Shown: positions 63,429 to 64,000 of the stretch, in pieces
Layout of the letters: each line of letters opens with the position of its first letter
How positions within the stretch are numbered: the stretch's first letter is position 1
Source: an uncultured Pelagibacteraceae bacterium
Lineage (GTDB): Bacteria > Pseudomonadota > Alphaproteobacteria > Pelagibacterales > Pelagibacteraceae
Direction of reading: 5' to 3'
Length of the DNA stretch: 64,000 bases
NCBI GenBank assembly: GCA_902580835.1
Contig: CACHMD010000003.1
Span: forward strand, 2,114 to 66,113
Made by a program: the position numbers and the translations under genes
Notes under the pieces: model-generated
Told to the model about the DNA's origin: nothing
What the model saw: the letters and a program-made list of their open reading frames with translations, nothing else
Databases searched by the model: none

Positions 63429-64000
63429 GTGGAAAAAAAACCTTATCACCATTTACCTGACGGTACTTTTAGAAATCCTGAGGGTTCACCAAAACCAGAT
63501 CCTAATGTTAAATGGTCCTTCAAAATTTTTAATAGAGAGAGAAAAAAGCTTGATATGACAGTTCCCAAAGAACATGTTATTGAAAAAGAGAAAGTTTTAA
63601 CAGACTTAAAAAAATTTCAAGAAGACGATTATGTAGCATGGATTGGCCATGCAACATTTTTAATTAAGCTTGGTGAAACAACAATTATTACAGATCCAGT
63701 ATTTTCAAAAAATGCTGGGCCACTAATTTTTGGACCTAAGAGATTTACCGAGCCAGCACTAAAATTAAACGAAATTCCACAAACAGATATTTTTTTACTC
63801 ACCCATAATCATTATGATCATCAAGATATGATGACGATCCGGAGATTTCCTTTTAAAAATTCTAAAGTTTTACTTCCATTAAAACTTGGTAAATATTTTA
63901 CCAGAAATGGTTATAGCAATGTGAATGAAATGGACTGGTATGATAAAATTGAAATAAATAAAAATTTAAAAATTACTTTTTTACCTGCTGTGCATTGGTC
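63429..64000 (+). CDS. MBL-fold metallo-hydrolase (NAPE-PLD/RomA-like), runs off the window end
   Basis: Manual read from GTG 63429: ...DGTFRNP..., WIGHATFLI, ITDPVFS, GPKRF, LTHNHYDH metal motif, ends in PAVHW. Confidence 0.88.
   Translation, partial: MEKKPYHHLPDGTFRNPEGSPKPDPNVKWSFKIFNRERKKLDMTVPKEHVIEKEKVLTDLKKFQEDDYVAWIGHATFLIKLGETTIITDPVFSKNAGPLIFGPKRFTEPALKLNEIPQTDIFLLTHNHYDHQDMMTIRRFPFKNSKVLLPLKLGKYFTRNGYSNVNEMDWYDKIEINKNLKITFLPAVHW

Overview
A very AT-rich (roughly 30% GC by eye), gene-dense alphaproteobacterial chromosome segment. Gene content and order point strongly to a SAR11/Pelagibacterales genome. From left to right it contains: (1) a ~27 kb co-directional minus-strand run of priA, TCA genes (lpdA-sucBADC-mdh-mmsA-sdhBADC), asd, the DMSP demethylation cluster (dmdA, alpha/beta hydrolase, dmdB, dmdC), leuBDC and rplS-trmD-rpsP-ffh, with a structured ffh leader RNA; (2) dapF-ftsY; (3) a TRAP transporter plus amidase and a 2-hydroxy/2-oxo-acid oxidation cluster with tandem lldD-like paralogs; (4) pagL, ccmCDEFGH, hspQ and housekeeping genes through argG; (5) a ~7 kb light/UV block with two atypical photolyases (an inverted-domain NewPHL-like enzyme and a PhrB-type enzyme lacking its Fe-S ligands), linked to a DUF2256 microprotein, a secreted protein resembling vertebrate CRTAC1, a secreted Cys-rich unknown protein and a half-Pnu-like membrane protein; (6) yliI-like, ybbP-ybbA/tesA and a partial metallo-beta-lactamase-fold gene. 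I saw no tRNA, rRNA, CRISPR array or mobile element. Two small genes (31405-31581, 56182-56310) and two edge-truncated genes missing from the ORF track were read manually. The best candidate for an undescribed system is the photolyase-CRTAC1 operon (53841-57800). All family calls are from motif recognition only; no searches were run.
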